Positions 47,844-59,681 are shown, counted from the stretch's first letter. The stretch: 64,000 nt of DNA from an uncultured Gemmatimonadales bacterium (GCA_963825055.1 CAWGSK010000002.1:64001-128000); one strand, 5' to 3'. The notes: a model not told the origin generated them from the sequence alone. Program-made: numbers and translations.

Positions 47844-48626
47844 ATGAGACCACCTGCCGTGACCCTCGACGAACGAATGCCCCCGCGCCGGCGCGGGCCG
47901 GGGTGGCTCGTCTCGTTGGGCCTGCACGTCGGACTCATCCTCCTGTTGATCGCCCCCTGGGCGGACCACCCGTTCATCCTCGACGGAGGGACGGGGCCCG
48001 GGTGGGGGGGTGGCGGCGGTGGCGGTGGGGGTGGCGGCGGCGACATCACGATCAGCCTGCCGGCCTACGTGGCGCCCCCGCCCCCCGCGGTCGAGGAGAC
48101 CACGCCGGTGGAAGTGCCCGAGGAAATCCCGCCACCGGTCGAGAAGGAGGAAACGCCCGAGCCCGAAGTCCCGGTGGCCGTGGCCCCTGTCCCCGACACG
48201 ACCGTCACACTGGCACACCAGGACACGCTGCCGCCCGGGGAAGGCAACGGAGCCGGCCCGGGCCAGGGACCCGGCTCCGGCGGCGGCACTGGTGGTGGCA
48301 GCGGCGGTGGTGTCGGTCCCGGGACGGGTCCGGGGGCCGGCGCGGGAAGCGGCGGAAACGGGGGCAGCGGTCGCGGCCCGCAACTCCGCCAGATGCTGCT
48401 CCCGCCGGAAGACCCGCCAAAGAAGCTCCGTGGCACGACCGTCCACGTGTCGTTCTGGATTTCGGCCTCCGGCCGGGTGGAACGGATCCAGGTGGACCCC
48501 GAGATCCAGGATCGCGAATACGCGGACAAGATGCGCGAAAAGCTGATGAGTTTTACCTTCCAGCCTGCCCGGTCGCCGGCGGGAGCCGCTATCCCGTCCC
48601 GCTGGGACGCTTCCATCGATTTCTGA
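47844..48626 (+). CDS. TonB/TolA-like protein with Gly- and Pro-rich linker
   Basis: SLGLH TM motif; C-terminal GRV..F.PA segment like TonB_C. Confidence 0.7.
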   Translation: MRPPAVTLDERMPPRRRGPGWLVSLGLHVGLILLLIAPWADHPFILDGGTGPGWGGGGGGGGGGGGDITISLPAYVAPPPPAVEETTPVEVPEEIPPPVEKEETPEPEVPVAVAPVPDTTVTLAHQDTLPPGEGNGAGPGQGPGSGGGTGGGSGGGVGPGTGPGAGAGSGGNGGSGRGPQLRQMLLPPEDPPKKLRGTTVHVSFWISASGRVERIQVDPEIQDREYADKMREKLMSFTFQPARSPAGAAIPSRWDASIDF

Positions 48627-48740
48627 GTACCACTCCCGCGGCCTCGCCTGGCCGTGGCGCCGATGACCAACTCCCGCCGCGCTCGACGCGCCTGAGCCTC
48701 ACACGGCCCCACGGGGCTTTCCTCTATCTCCGAGAGGGAC

Positions 48741-50279
<1,539 letters not shown>

Positions 50280-50304
50280 GTATGGAAGGAGGCTGAGGCC
50301 GGGC

Positions 50305-51243
50305 TCAGCCCGGGGACTCCGGGCCACCCGGCCTCCTCACGTCCCGGTCGCCCGACGCCTGGGTCGCCAGCGCGACGGCTCCGGCCACGGCGTCGGGCGC
50401 CTCCGGCAGCGGCGCGAATCGACCACCGGAGAGACGCTCGAGCACGGCGCCCCGCAGCGGCTCGCGCTCGAGCATCCCTCCCGCCAGCGCGACGGGCACC
50501 GGCTGTCCGCCGGAGTAGTGGTGGACCAGGGCCTGGGCCAGCCCGACGAGTTCGTCCGCGGCCCGTTGCACAATCACCCCGGCCACCGCATCACCAGCGG
50601 AGGCCGCTTCCAGGACCGCACGCGCAAGGGCGGCGACCTCGCCGGGCGAGGCGCCGCCGGCCCACGCCACCAGGCCGTCAACATCGGCTACCCTGGCCGC
50701 CTCAGGCAGGGCCGAGGTCAGCACGGTGTCGCCCAGGCGGCCGTCCTGTGCCCGGCCCACGGCCGAGAGCGCGGCGCGTCCCACGTCGTAGGCTCCGCCG
50801 TCATCACCCATCTGCCAGCCATGGCCTCCCGCCCGGTGCGTGCGCCCCTCCTCGTCGCGCGCGAGGGCGATACTGCCGGTGCCCGCGATCAGGATGATTC
50901 CCGGTGCGTCGCCGAAGGCCGCGGCGTGTGCGATCGCCACGTCGGTCGTGACGCTGACGGTGCCGGCGAGTCGTTCCTTCCGGAGCGCCCGCTCGAGCTC
51001 CAGCCGCACCGGCTCCCGTCCCACGCCGGCGGCGCCGACCACGAGGACGTCGGCCTCGAGCAGCCCGCCGGCCGCGAGTACCCGGCGGACGGCGTCCAGA
51101 ATCGCGGTCGCGGCCACCAGGGCGCGTCCGGGACGAACGGCGCCCGCCCCTCCCTCCACGCGCGCCAGCTCCACGCCATCGCGCACCAGCACGGCACGTG
51201 TGCGAGTGCCGCCGGCGTCCACGCCGACCACGACCCGGCTCAT
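50305..51243 (-). CDS. BadF/BadG/BcrA/BcrD-type N-acetylglucosamine/MurNAc kinase
   Basis: GVDAGGTRT, LIAGTGS, GGHGWQMGDDG. Confidence 0.88.
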   Translation of the reverse strand: MSRVVVGVDAGGTRTRAVLVRDGVELARVEGGAGAVRPGRALVAATAILDAVRRVLAAGGLLEADVLVVGAAGVGREPVRLELERALRKERLAGTVSVTTDVAIAHAAAFGDAPGIILIAGTGSIALARDEEGRTHRAGGHGWQMGDDGGAYDVGRAALSAVGRAQDGRLGDTVLTSALPEAARVADVDGLVAWAGGASPGEVAALARAVLEAASAGDAVAGVIVQRAADELVGLAQALVHHYSGGQPVPVALAGGMLEREPLRGAVLERLSGGRFAPLPEAPDAVAGAVALATQASGDRDVRRPGGPESPG

Positions 51244-52718
51244 CTCGCCTCCCTCCGATGGGGCAGCCAGCTGAGGAGCGTGCCGGTGACGAGCATGATT
51301 GCCGTCCCCATGGGGACGTACCATGGCCAGGCGAGCTGGCCGAACGGCGTGAGCCAGCCCAGGCCCGGCCGAAGGGCCAGGTCCTTCGCGAAGAGCACCA
51401 CGAGCATGATGGCCACCGTCACGACGATCGCACTCATGACATCCCGCCCGCGTGTGCCTGACCAGCGTCCCGACAGCAGGTAAGCGCCGAGGAGGCCGCC
51501 GTACGTCACGGACGCGATTGACAGCGCGAGCACGACGACCGGGGTGGAGCGACCGGTGGTGTAGTAGTGGAAGAAGAGTGCCCCACCCATGATCGCGGCC
51601 GCCCAGAGCGCCGAAAACCACCGGCCGACGCGGAAGAGATGGACCGGGTCGCGCCGGCCGCTCCAGGTCGCGTACAGGTCATAGGTCATGGATGACGCGA
51701 GGGCGTTGATCGCGGAACTCTGGGTACTCATCGCCGCGGCCAGGATGGCCGCGACCATCAGCCCCGCGAGTCCCGTCGGCAGGTTGTGGATGATGAAGTT
51801 GGGGAAGATCTGGTCCGGAGCCATGTCGGCCGGCGCGAGTCCGGCCGCCCATACCGCCGCACCGATCAGCAGGAAGAGGCCGAACTGGAGGATGACGAGC
51901 ACGCCCGAGCCCACCAGGGCGATCCGCGCGTCGCTGAGCGACCGGCTGGCCAGCAGTCGCTGGACCACGAGCTGGTCCGTGCCGTGGGAGGCCCCGCTGA
52001 GCATGGCGCCGCCCACGATGCCGCCGAGGAGGGTGTAGGTCGATGTCAGGTTCACCGAGAAGTCGAAGACCTGGAGCCTTCCGGTCGCACGCGCCAGGCT
52101 GAGGGCGCTCTCCGGGCCGCCGGCCAGTTGCCAGGCCACCCACAGCGCGACCAGGCCCCCGGTCAGGTAGATCAGCAGTTGAAGTACGTCCACCCACACG
52201 ACGGCCTTGAGCCCCCCGTGCCAGGTGTAGATGAGCGTGACCACGCTCATCACGACGATCGCCGCCGGGATGCTCCAGCCGGTCAGCAGCGCCAGCGGGA
52301 TGGCGCTGGCGAAGACCCGGACACCGTCACCGAGAAACCGCGTCACGAGAAAGACGACTGACGTGAGCCGGCGCGTCCCGGTGCCGAAGCGGTTCTCCAG
52401 GCGGGCGTAGGCGGTCTCCTGCTCGCCCTTGAAGTAGCCCGGCAACAGCCACAGCGCGACACCCACCCGGCCGATCAGGTATCCGAAGGTGAGCTGCAGG
52501 AAGGTGAGATTGCCGCGCGCCGCGATGGCGGGGACCGAAATGACCGTCAGCGCCGACGTTTCCGTGGCTACGATGGACAGCATGATCGCGGTGGCGGGGA
52601 GGTCTCTCGCGCCCAGGAAGTAGTCGCCCGCGGTTTCCTGCATGCGGGAGACCCAGAAGCCGATCCCGAGGACCAGGATCGAGTATGCGATGATGACGCC
52701 GATGTCGACCTGTGTCAG
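51240..52718 (-). CDS. Sodium:solute symporter; probable CTG start
   Basis: DYFLG, SIVATETS, GGLKAVVW.D, GTDQ..VQR, AAILAAAMST; TM1 lies upstream of ATG 52643. Confidence 0.9.
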   Translation of the reverse strand: MTQVDIGVIIAYSILVLGIGFWVSRMQETAGDYFLGARDLPATAIMLSIVATETSALTVISVPAIAARGNLTFLQLTFGYLIGRVGVALWLLPGYFKGEQETAYARLENRFGTGTRRLTSVVFLVTRFLGDGVRVFASAIPLALLTGWSIPAAIVVMSVVTLIYTWHGGLKAVVWVDVLQLLIYLTGGLVALWVAWQLAGGPESALSLARATGRLQVFDFSVNLTSTYTLLGGIVGGAMLSGASHGTDQLVVQRLLASRSLSDARIALVGSGVLVILQFGLFLLIGAAVWAAGLAPADMAPDQIFPNFIIHNLPTGLAGLMVAAILAAAMSTQSSAINALASSMTYDLYATWSGRRDPVHLFRVGRWFSALWAAAIMGGALFFHYYTTGRSTPVVVLALSIASVTYGGLLGAYLLSGRWSGTRGRDVMSAIVVTVAIMLVVLFAKDLALRPGLGWLTPFGQLAWPWYVPMGTAIMLVTGTLLSWLPHRREAR

Positions 52719-52759
52719 GGTGCCGCCTCCGGTGCGGGGTGGCGGGGAAGGGCCTGGCT

Positions 52760-52796
52760 AAAAGAAAGGGCTCACAGGCCGGATGGCTGTGAGCCC
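52760..52796 (-). terminator. Rho-independent terminator after the A-type Fe-S carrier gene
   Basis: GGGCTCACAG / CTGTGAGCCC stem followed by TTTCTTTT on the minus strand. Confidence 0.8.
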
Positions 52797-52815
52797 TGAT
52801 CGCCGCAGCGGCCGG

Positions 52816-53184
52816 TCAGGCGGAGAAGCTGCTGCCGCAGCCGCAACCGCCGCTGGAATTCGGGTTGCTGAAGGTGAAGCCGCTGCCCTGCATGGACGAC
52901 GTGTAGTCGATGCTGACGCCGTTCAGGTACTGCGCGCTGAAACCATCCACGAAGACGCGGGTCGAGTTGACCTCGAAGACCATGTCGTCCTCAAGGGGCC
53001 GCTCCTCGATGTTCAGGCTGTACTTGAAGCCGGAGCACCCGCCGGGCAGGACGCTCACGCGCAGTCCGGCGCTCTCGAGCGGAACCTTCTCGGCCTCCAT
53101 GAATTTTGCCACTTCCTCTGCGGCACGGTCGCTGAGTAAAACGGTGACCGGGGCCGCACTGATCCCAGACTCGGTATTGCTCAT
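52816..53184 (-). CDS. A-type Fe-S cluster carrier (IscA/ErpA/HesB)
   Basis: GGCSGFKY, GFTF.NPN, CGCGSSF. Confidence 0.93.
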   Translation of the reverse strand: MSNTESGISAAPVTVLLSDRAAEEVAKFMEAEKVPLESAGLRVSVLPGGCSGFKYSLNIEERPLEDDMVFEVNSTRVFVDGFSAQYLNGVSIDYTSSMQGSGFTFSNPNSSGGCGCGSSFSA

Positions 53185-53307
53185 GTATATCCTCCCCACC
53201 CGGCCGGCCAGTGCCGGGCACCTTGGTAAACTGTTGCCAGACTTCAGGTTCAAACGTACCGGCCACCCCGGGCGGTGTCAACGTCGCCGGCGGAGCCGCC
53301 CGGCAAG

Positions 53308-54507
53308 TTAACCACCGGGCGCCCCGTCGTGTTCCCGGGGCCGGATCCCGGGGAACAGGGCCTGCAAGACACGGTCCGCAACCCCCCGGCGGAGGTCATG
53401 GATCCCCCGCCGCTCCCGGGAAGGGTGGACCCTGTTGGTCAGGAGCACGATCACCACGCTGCGGGTGGGGTCGATCCAGATGGAGGTGCCGGTGAAGCCG
53501 GTATGGCCGAAGCTGACCGGCGCGATGTATTCCCCGCCGCTGCTCTGGCCCGAGGGCGTGTCCCATCCCAGGGCCCGGCTCGAGCCCGGCGGCAGGTTCT
53601 GCCGCTGGATGAACTGCGCCAGGCGGGCCGGCGGACGCACGCCCCAGGCTCGTCCGCCGGCGCTGTCGTCCAGCGCGGCGAGCAGCCATTCGCCGAAGGT
53701 GAGCAGGTCGGGAACGTCGCTGAAGAGGCCCGCGTGTCCCGAGACCCCGCCCAGGCGCGACGCGTTCTCGTCATGCACCTCGCCCCGGAGGACGTACCCT
53801 CTCCACGGATCATCCTCCGTGGGGGCAATCCGGTCGCGCCAGTCGGCCGGCGGGAGGTATCGGGTGCTGTGGAGCCCGAGAGGGCGCGCCACTCGCGTGG
53901 CAAAGAGCGTGTCGATGCGGTGGCCGGCCACCGCCTCCACCGCCTGCGTCAGCACCATCGCGCCGAGGTCCGAGTATTCGTATCGCGCCCCGGGCACGGT
54001 GTCGAGCGGGGTCGTATCCGCCAGGGCGATGGCTGCCTGCCGGGTCATCGCCTCCTGGTAGAGCGGGCGCCACGCCCGGAGGCCACTCGTGTGGGTGAGC
54101 AGGTGACGGATGGTGACCTCCTCGTGGCCGGGCATCGCGAACGCCGGTACGTACCGCGTGACCGGTGCGTCGAGCGCCAGGCGCCCTTCCTCAACCAGCT
54201 GCATGGTGACCGTCGTGAGTGCCACCACCTTGGTGAGGCTTGCCAGGTCATACACCGTCGAACTGTCGGGGCGGGTGGAATCGTCCTGCCCCATGACCCC
54301 GGTGCCGTAGATGAACCGGCCGCCGGGCCAGCTGACACCGAGCACCGCACCCGGTGCCGCGCCGGCCAGCACAGTCGTGTCCATGAAGATCCGGACCGGA
54401 TCCCAGCGGTCGAGACGGCCGGGATCTATCGAAGGGATGGGTGCGACCGCGGGACGCGGCGCGCACGCCGTGCCCAGGAGGGTGACGAACATGGCGGTGC
54501 GGTTCAC
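53308..54507 (-). CDS. Beta-lactamase-fold serine hydrolase lipoprotein (AmiE-like)
   Basis: ASLTK, YSD, VHDENA, GHAGLFS, GHTGFTGT; GTGA overlap with the GH3 gene. Confidence 0.85.
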   Translation of the reverse strand: MNRTAMFVTLLGTACAPRPAVAPIPSIDPGRLDRWDPVRIFMDTTVLAGAAPGAVLGVSWPGGRFIYGTGVMGQDDSTRPDSSTVYDLASLTKVVALTTVTMQLVEEGRLALDAPVTRYVPAFAMPGHEEVTIRHLLTHTSGLRAWRPLYQEAMTRQAAIALADTTPLDTVPGARYEYSDLGAMVLTQAVEAVAGHRIDTLFATRVARPLGLHSTRYLPPADWRDRIAPTEDDPWRGYVLRGEVHDENASRLGGVSGHAGLFSDVPDLLTFGEWLLAALDDSAGGRAWGVRPPARLAQFIQRQNLPPGSSRALGWDTPSGQSSGGEYIAPVSFGHTGFTGTSIWIDPTRSVVIVLLTNRVHPSRERRGIHDLRRGVADRVLQALFPGIRPREHDGAPGG

Positions 54508-56246
54508 GGCGCCTCCTTCTGTACGCCGGTCCCCACGGGGAAGCGCGGCGGGATCGAAGCGGGCAGCCGGCCCGTGATCGGGGCGGTGCCGGTCAGCGCA
54601 TCGGCCACGGCCCGTTCGCTCTCGGGCCGGGCCGCCCAGCCCAGCATGTACGCCCAGGCTCCAGGCGCCTGCCGGATCACGTATGGGCTTCCGAACGAGA
54701 GCAGCACGGTCGGCATGTGCAGTGCGGTGGAGTCCACCAGGGCGGCGATCTCCAGGGGAAGGTCGATGGTGCCGGACCATGCACTTGCCCTGACACTCGT
54801 CGCGAAGACCGCGGTTCCCCCGCTGTCCAGGACGGCGCGCGCCGAGTCATAACTTGCCGGTCCGCTCGCGGGATACAGCCGGAAGACGCGCACGGTGTCA
54901 CCGCGGGCCCGAAGACGGGCGGCGAGCACCGCGCCGACGTCGTCACCCAGTGTGACCAGCGCCACGCGCCCGGGTCCGGTGCGCATGCGGTCGACCACGC
55001 CACCACTGTCCTTGACCAGCACGATTGAGCGACTCGTAATGGTGCGCGCCACCGCCTGGAACTCCGCGCTGCCGACCACCAGTGGGATGCTGTCCAGCGG
55101 CACCTCCCGGTGGGCATACAGTCCGAGGCGCTCCTTGATCGCGAGCAACCGGCGGACGGAAGCATTGAGCCGGTCCTCGGTGACGCGTCCGCTCCGCACG
55201 GCCGCCGCGACGGCATCGATTGCCGCCGCCGGGTCGGCCGGCTGGAGCAGCAGGTCCGCGCCGGCGATCAGGGCGCGTACGGCCGCCTCACCGGGGCCGT
55301 AGGTGGCGACAAGTGCGCCCATGTCGAGCGCGTCGGTCACGATGAGGCCGTGGAAGCCGAGCGAGTCCCGGAGAATGCCGGTCAGGATCTCGGGCGAAAG
55401 CGTGGCCGGCACCGTCTCCCCGTGCTGGAGACCGGGAAGCGCGATGTGCGCCGTCATCACCGCGTCCACGCCCGCATCAATCGCGGCGCGGAAAGGAACC
55501 AGCTCGAGCGTGTCGAGACGGCTCCAGGGAACGGTGATCACCGGCAGCGCGATATGGCTGTCGGTGCCGGTGTCACCGTGCCCGGGGAAGTGCTTGGCCG
55601 TGGCCATCAGCCCGTGCTCGCGCATACCGCGGATCTCCTCCGCCACGAGACGGGCCACCCGGACGGGGTCCTCGCCGAAGGAGCGCGTGTTGATGATCGG
55701 GTTCGCAGGGTTGTTGTTGACGTCCGCGACGGGGGCGAACGCGAGATGAATGCCGACCGCGCGACCCTCGAGCGCGGTGATGCGGCCCATCTCATACGCG
55801 TCCCGGTCGCGCCCGGTCGCGGCCACCCCCATATTGGTCGGGAATGCCGTTCCGCCGCGGAACCGGATCGCGGTGCCGGCCTCGAGATCGGAGGCGATGA
55901 GCAGTGGCAGCCAGGACCGCTGCTGCAGCCGGTTCAGCTTGGCGGCCTCGTCCAGCGGTGAGCCCACCGAGATGATGATGCCGCCCACGTGCAGGGAATC
56001 CACCCAGCGCCGCGCGGTCATGAACGCGGAGTCGTCGAAGGCCGCATACGTTCCCGCCAGCCAGGGCATGACGAGCTGGGCGGCCCGGTCGTGGAGGGAC
56101 ATCCGGGCCAGCAGCACGTCGGGATCGGGTGCCGTCGTCACCGGAACGTCCATCGGGTAGACCGGCCCGGACGGGGCGGGGGCGTGGACGGCGGGAGCGC
56201 AGGCGGCGGCACCCAGGATCAGGAGACAGGGTCGGAGATGATGCAA
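54504..56246 (-). CDS. nagZ: GH3 beta-N-acetylglucosaminidase lipoprotein
   Basis: KHFPGHGDT.TDSH, VTDALDM, INTRSFG; TTG start and lipobox GAAAC inferred. Confidence 0.88.
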   Translation of the reverse strand: MHHLRPCLLILGAAACAPAVHAPAPSGPVYPMDVPVTTAPDPDVLLARMSLHDRAAQLVMPWLAGTYAAFDDSAFMTARRWVDSLHVGGIIISVGSPLDEAAKLNRLQQRSWLPLLIASDLEAGTAIRFRGGTAFPTNMGVAATGRDRDAYEMGRITALEGRAVGIHLAFAPVADVNNNPANPIINTRSFGEDPVRVARLVAEEIRGMREHGLMATAKHFPGHGDTGTDSHIALPVITVPWSRLDTLELVPFRAAIDAGVDAVMTAHIALPGLQHGETVPATLSPEILTGILRDSLGFHGLIVTDALDMGALVATYGPGEAAVRALIAGADLLLQPADPAAAIDAVAAAVRSGRVTEDRLNASVRRLLAIKERLGLYAHREVPLDSIPLVVGSAEFQAVARTITSRSIVLVKDSGGVVDRMRTGPGRVALVTLGDDVGAVLAARLRARGDTVRVFRLYPASGPASYDSARAVLDSGGTAVFATSVRASAWSGTIDLPLEIAALVDSTALHMPTVLLSFGSPYVIRQAPGAWAYMLGWAARPESERAVADALTGTAPITGRLPASIPPRFPVGTGVQKEAP

Positions 56247-57509
56247 CGGGCTCTCGCAGTGGCAGGGGTGGTGGCGGCGGTACTGGCGTGCGCCGGCGGT
56301 GCGCCGGCGCCGGCACCCGTGCGTCCGGGAATCGAGGTGCTGCTTCGCGACAGCATGGCCCTCGTGCGGGACCGGCGCGTCGGGCTGGTCAGCAACATGG
56401 GCGGCGTCGATGCCGATGGCGTACACGACGTCGAGCGGCTGCGCTCGGCCGGCGTGTCGCTCGTCGCGCTGTTCAGCCCGGAGCACGGCTTCCGCGGCAC
56501 AGCGCGTCCCGGCGAGGCGGTCGCCTCCAGCGTGGATTCGGCCACCGGACTTCCAATCTACAGCCTTTACGGCGCCACGCGGATGCCCGCGCCCGAGGTG
56601 CTCGAGGGGCTCGACGTCATCCTGGTGGACCTGCCGGACGTCGGCGCGCGGTACTTCACGTACCTGGCCACGACGGTGGATGTCATGCGGGCCGCCGCAG
56701 GGCGGGGAATTCCCGTCGTGGTGCTGGACCGCCCCGACCCCGTCGGCGGGCTGGTACAGGGCAACGTACTCGACACATCGTGGCGCTCGGCCGTGGGCCT
56801 GCTCGCCATGCCGATGCGCCACGGACTCACGCTGGGAGAACTGGCCCGGCTGGCCCGGCATGACCTCGGCCTGACGGCCGAACTGCACGTAGTTCCCGTC
56901 ACCGGCTGGGAGCGCGGGGATGCCCTCGACCGGACGGGACTTCCGTTCGTCCGGCCGAGTCCGAACCTCCAGTCGCTGGAGAGCCTCTTCCACTATCCCG
57001 GTACCTGCCTGTTCGAGGGTACCAACCTCTCGGTGGGGCGCGGGACGGACGCCGCCTTCTCCCAGGTGGGCGCGCCGTGGCTCGATACTGCCCGGGTCCT
57101 GGCGCGCCTGCGTGAGGAGAGACTCCCGGGGGTGCGCTTCGAATCGGTACGCTTTACCCCGCGCGACCCCGGGGACGGCAAGTACGCGGACACTCTGCTG
57201 GCCGGGATCCGGCTCCACGTGACCGACCGCGCGTCGTATGACGCGCCCGCGGCCGCGGTGCACCTTCTCGCCGCCATCATCGCCGTGCACGGGAACGGGA
57301 CGGGAAACGGGCCCTTCGCGTGGGGGCCGAGCTTTACCCGGCTGGCCGGGGACACATCGCTCCAGGCGGCGCTGACCCGGGGCGCCCCGGCCGGGGAGGC
57401 CATGGCGGGCTGGTCGGGGCAGCGGGAACGGTTCCTCGAACGGACCCGGGATATCCTGCTCTACCCACGGCATGAGACAGGTCACGGACAGGTTTCGCCC
57501 GCCGACTAA
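56238..57509 (+). CDS. namZ: DUF1343 exo-beta-N-acetylmuramidase-like lipoprotein
   Basis: ALFSPEHGF, IYSLYG, D.PDVGARYFTY, VLDRP.P, RHGLTLGE, PSPN. Confidence 0.88.
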   Translation: MMQRALAVAGVVAAVLACAGGAPAPAPVRPGIEVLLRDSMALVRDRRVGLVSNMGGVDADGVHDVERLRSAGVSLVALFSPEHGFRGTARPGEAVASSVDSATGLPIYSLYGATRMPAPEVLEGLDVILVDLPDVGARYFTYLATTVDVMRAAAGRGIPVVVLDRPDPVGGLVQGNVLDTSWRSAVGLLAMPMRHGLTLGELARLARHDLGLTAELHVVPVTGWERGDALDRTGLPFVRPSPNLQSLESLFHYPGTCLFEGTNLSVGRGTDAAFSQVGAPWLDTARVLARLREERLPGVRFESVRFTPRDPGDGKYADTLLAGIRLHVTDRASYDAPAAAVHLLAAIIAVHGNGTGNGPFAWGPSFTRLAGDTSLQAALTRGAPAGEAMAGWSGQRERFLERTRDILLYPRHETGHGQVSPAD

Positions 57510-57659
57510 TCTTCAGGTATGGACCGCGCAAACCATGTTCCGGCGCCGGGTCGGCTGATTGCCCCAACCCGTTCCCTCCGTTATCCTTTCGCGGCGTTGC
57601 GCCGGGGGCCGGAGGGCCCCGGGCGCGGCGTTCGCGTTACCACCAGGAGGGCCCTCGGA

Positions 57660-58340
57660 GTGAAATTGCTGCCCCCTGCGGTCGAACGGGTGTTCTACGC
57701 GGCGATCCGCCCCTTCGTGGAGCGGCTGCTCCGGAGCGGCATCCGCCCCAACACCATCACGACCGTAGGGACCCTGCTCGTCCTGGTGTCTGCCGGGGCG
57801 TATGGGGCCGGCTGGATTCGGGTGGGCGGGCTGTTTCTCCTCCTGAGCGGCCTGGTGGACACGCTCGACGGGCAGGTTGCCCGGCGCGGGGGCATGGTGA
57901 GCAAGTTCGGCGCCTTCTATGACTCCACCCTGGACCGGGTGGGCGACGGCGCCACCTTCATCGGCATTGCCACCTATCTCCTGCTGGCGCCCGACGTGGC
58001 CTGGCGGACCATCGCGGTGGTGGTGTGCATGGTGGCCATCCTCGCATCGCTGCTCGTGTCATACGCCCGGGCGCGGGCCGAGGGTCTCGGCCTCGACTGC
58101 AAGGTGGGCATCGCGCAGCGCGCCGAGCGCATCGTCGGGCTGGGTGGTGCCTCCCTGCTGGTCGGGGCAGGTCCGCACGCGCTGGTGCTCGAGGTGATCG
58201 TGGGGCTGCTGGCGCTCGCGTCGATTATCACGGTCGTGCAGCGGTTCCAGTACGTTCATCAGCATACGAACGGCGCGCAGGCGCCGGTCAGCGCCCCGGC
58301 GGAGCCGGCGGCACTGGATACTCTCGCGAAAGGATCGTAG
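57660..58340 (+). CDS. CDP-alcohol phosphatidyltransferase, probable PI(P) synthase
   Basis: PNTIT, DTLDGQVAR..GAFYDSTLDR, SYARARAE; adjacent to ino1. Confidence 0.85.
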   Translation: MKLLPPAVERVFYAAIRPFVERLLRSGIRPNTITTVGTLLVLVSAGAYGAGWIRVGGLFLLLSGLVDTLDGQVARRGGMVSKFGAFYDSTLDRVGDGATFIGIATYLLLAPDVAWRTIAVVVCMVAILASLLVSYARARAEGLGLDCKVGIAQRAERIVGLGGASLLVGAGPHALVLEVIVGLLALASIITVVQRFQYVHQHTNGAQAPVSAPAEPAALDTLAKGS

Positions 58341-58342
58341 CA

Positions 58343-59678
58343 GTGGCGACGTCGTCTTCCCGCAGGATTCCGCCGGCCTCCGGCAAACTCGGCGTACTGT
58401 GTGTCGGACTGGGCGCGGTGTCCTCGACGTTCATCGCGGGTGTCGAGAATACCCGGCGCGGCCTGGCGCAGCCGGTGGGCTCCCTCACCCAGATGGGGAC
58501 CATCCGCCTCGGGAAGCGTACCGAGGGCCGCACGCCGCTGATCCGGGAGTTCGTGCCCCTCGCCGGCCTGGATGACCTCGTCTTCGGCGCCTGGGATCCG
58601 GTCCCGGACGATGCCTATACCTCGTGCCTGGTCGCCGGCGTGCTCGACCGCCACGAGCACGTCGAGCCGATCGCGGACTTCCTCAAGGGCATCAAGCCCA
58701 TGCCCGCCGTCTTCGACCAGCACTACGTCAAGCGCCTCACGGGTACCAACGTCAAACAAGGCAAGACGAAGCGTGACCTGGCGGAAGCCCTCCGCGCGGA
58801 CATCCGGAATTTCAAGGAGCAGAACGGCTGCGACCGCCTGGTGATCGTGTGGTGCGCGTCCACGGAGATCTTCATCTCGCCCGGCCCGACGCACCAGACC
58901 CTGGAGACGTTCGAGAAGGCGATGGACGCGAATGACCCGACCGATCGCCCCCTCAATGCTCTATGCCTATGCCGCGATCATGGAGAACGTGCCGTTCGCG
59001 AACGGTGCCCCGAACCTCTGCTGCGACATCCCGGCGCTGGTGACCCTCGCCGACGAGCGCGGGGTCGCGATCGGCGGGAAGGACTTCAAGACCGGCCAGA
59101 CCATGATCAAGACCGTCCTCTCGCCGATGTTCAAGGCGCGGATGCTCGGCGTGGCCGGCTGGTACAGCACCAACATCCTCGGGAACCGGGACGGCGAGGT
59201 CCTGGACGACCCCGAAAGCTTCAAGACCAAGGAGGAGTCCAAGCTCGGCGTGCTCGAGTACATCCTGCAGCCGAAGCTCTACCCCGACCTCTACGGCAAG
59301 CTCTATCACAAGGTGCGGATCAACTACTATCCGCCGCGCGGGGACAACAAGGAGGGCTGGGACAACATCGACATTTTCGGATGGCTCGGGTATCCCATGC
59401 AGATCAAGGTGGATTTCCTCTGCCGCGACTCCATCCTGGCCGCGCCGCTCGTGCTGGACCTCGCCATCTTCTTCGACCTGGCCCAGCGCGCCGGCATGAA
59501 GGGCGTCCAGGAGTGGCTCAGCTTCTACTTCAAGAGCCCGCAGACGGCCCCGGGGCTCTACCCCGAGCATGACCTCTTCATCCAGCTCACCAAGCTCAAG
59601 AACACGCTGCGCTGGTTGATGGGCGAGGAGCAGATCACGCACCTCGGCCGGGAGTACTATGAGGAAGAGGGAGCCTGA
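58343..59678 (+). CDS. ino1: myo-Inositol-1(3)-phosphate synthase; +1 frameshift near 58941-58943
   Basis: VGLGAV, WCASTE in the first frame; NGAPN, GKDFKTGQT, NILGNRDG, GDNK, RDSILAAPLVLD in the second. Confidence 0.9.
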
Positions 59679-59681
59679 GCG

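Noticed and set aside
47995..48380. G-rich tracts as non-coding repeats
   Set aside because: They encode the Gly-rich linker of the TonB-like protein
53308..54507. Beta-lactam resistance gene
   Set aside because: VHDENA/GHAGLFS subfamily motifs and coupling to nagZ favour an AmiE-like recycling enzyme
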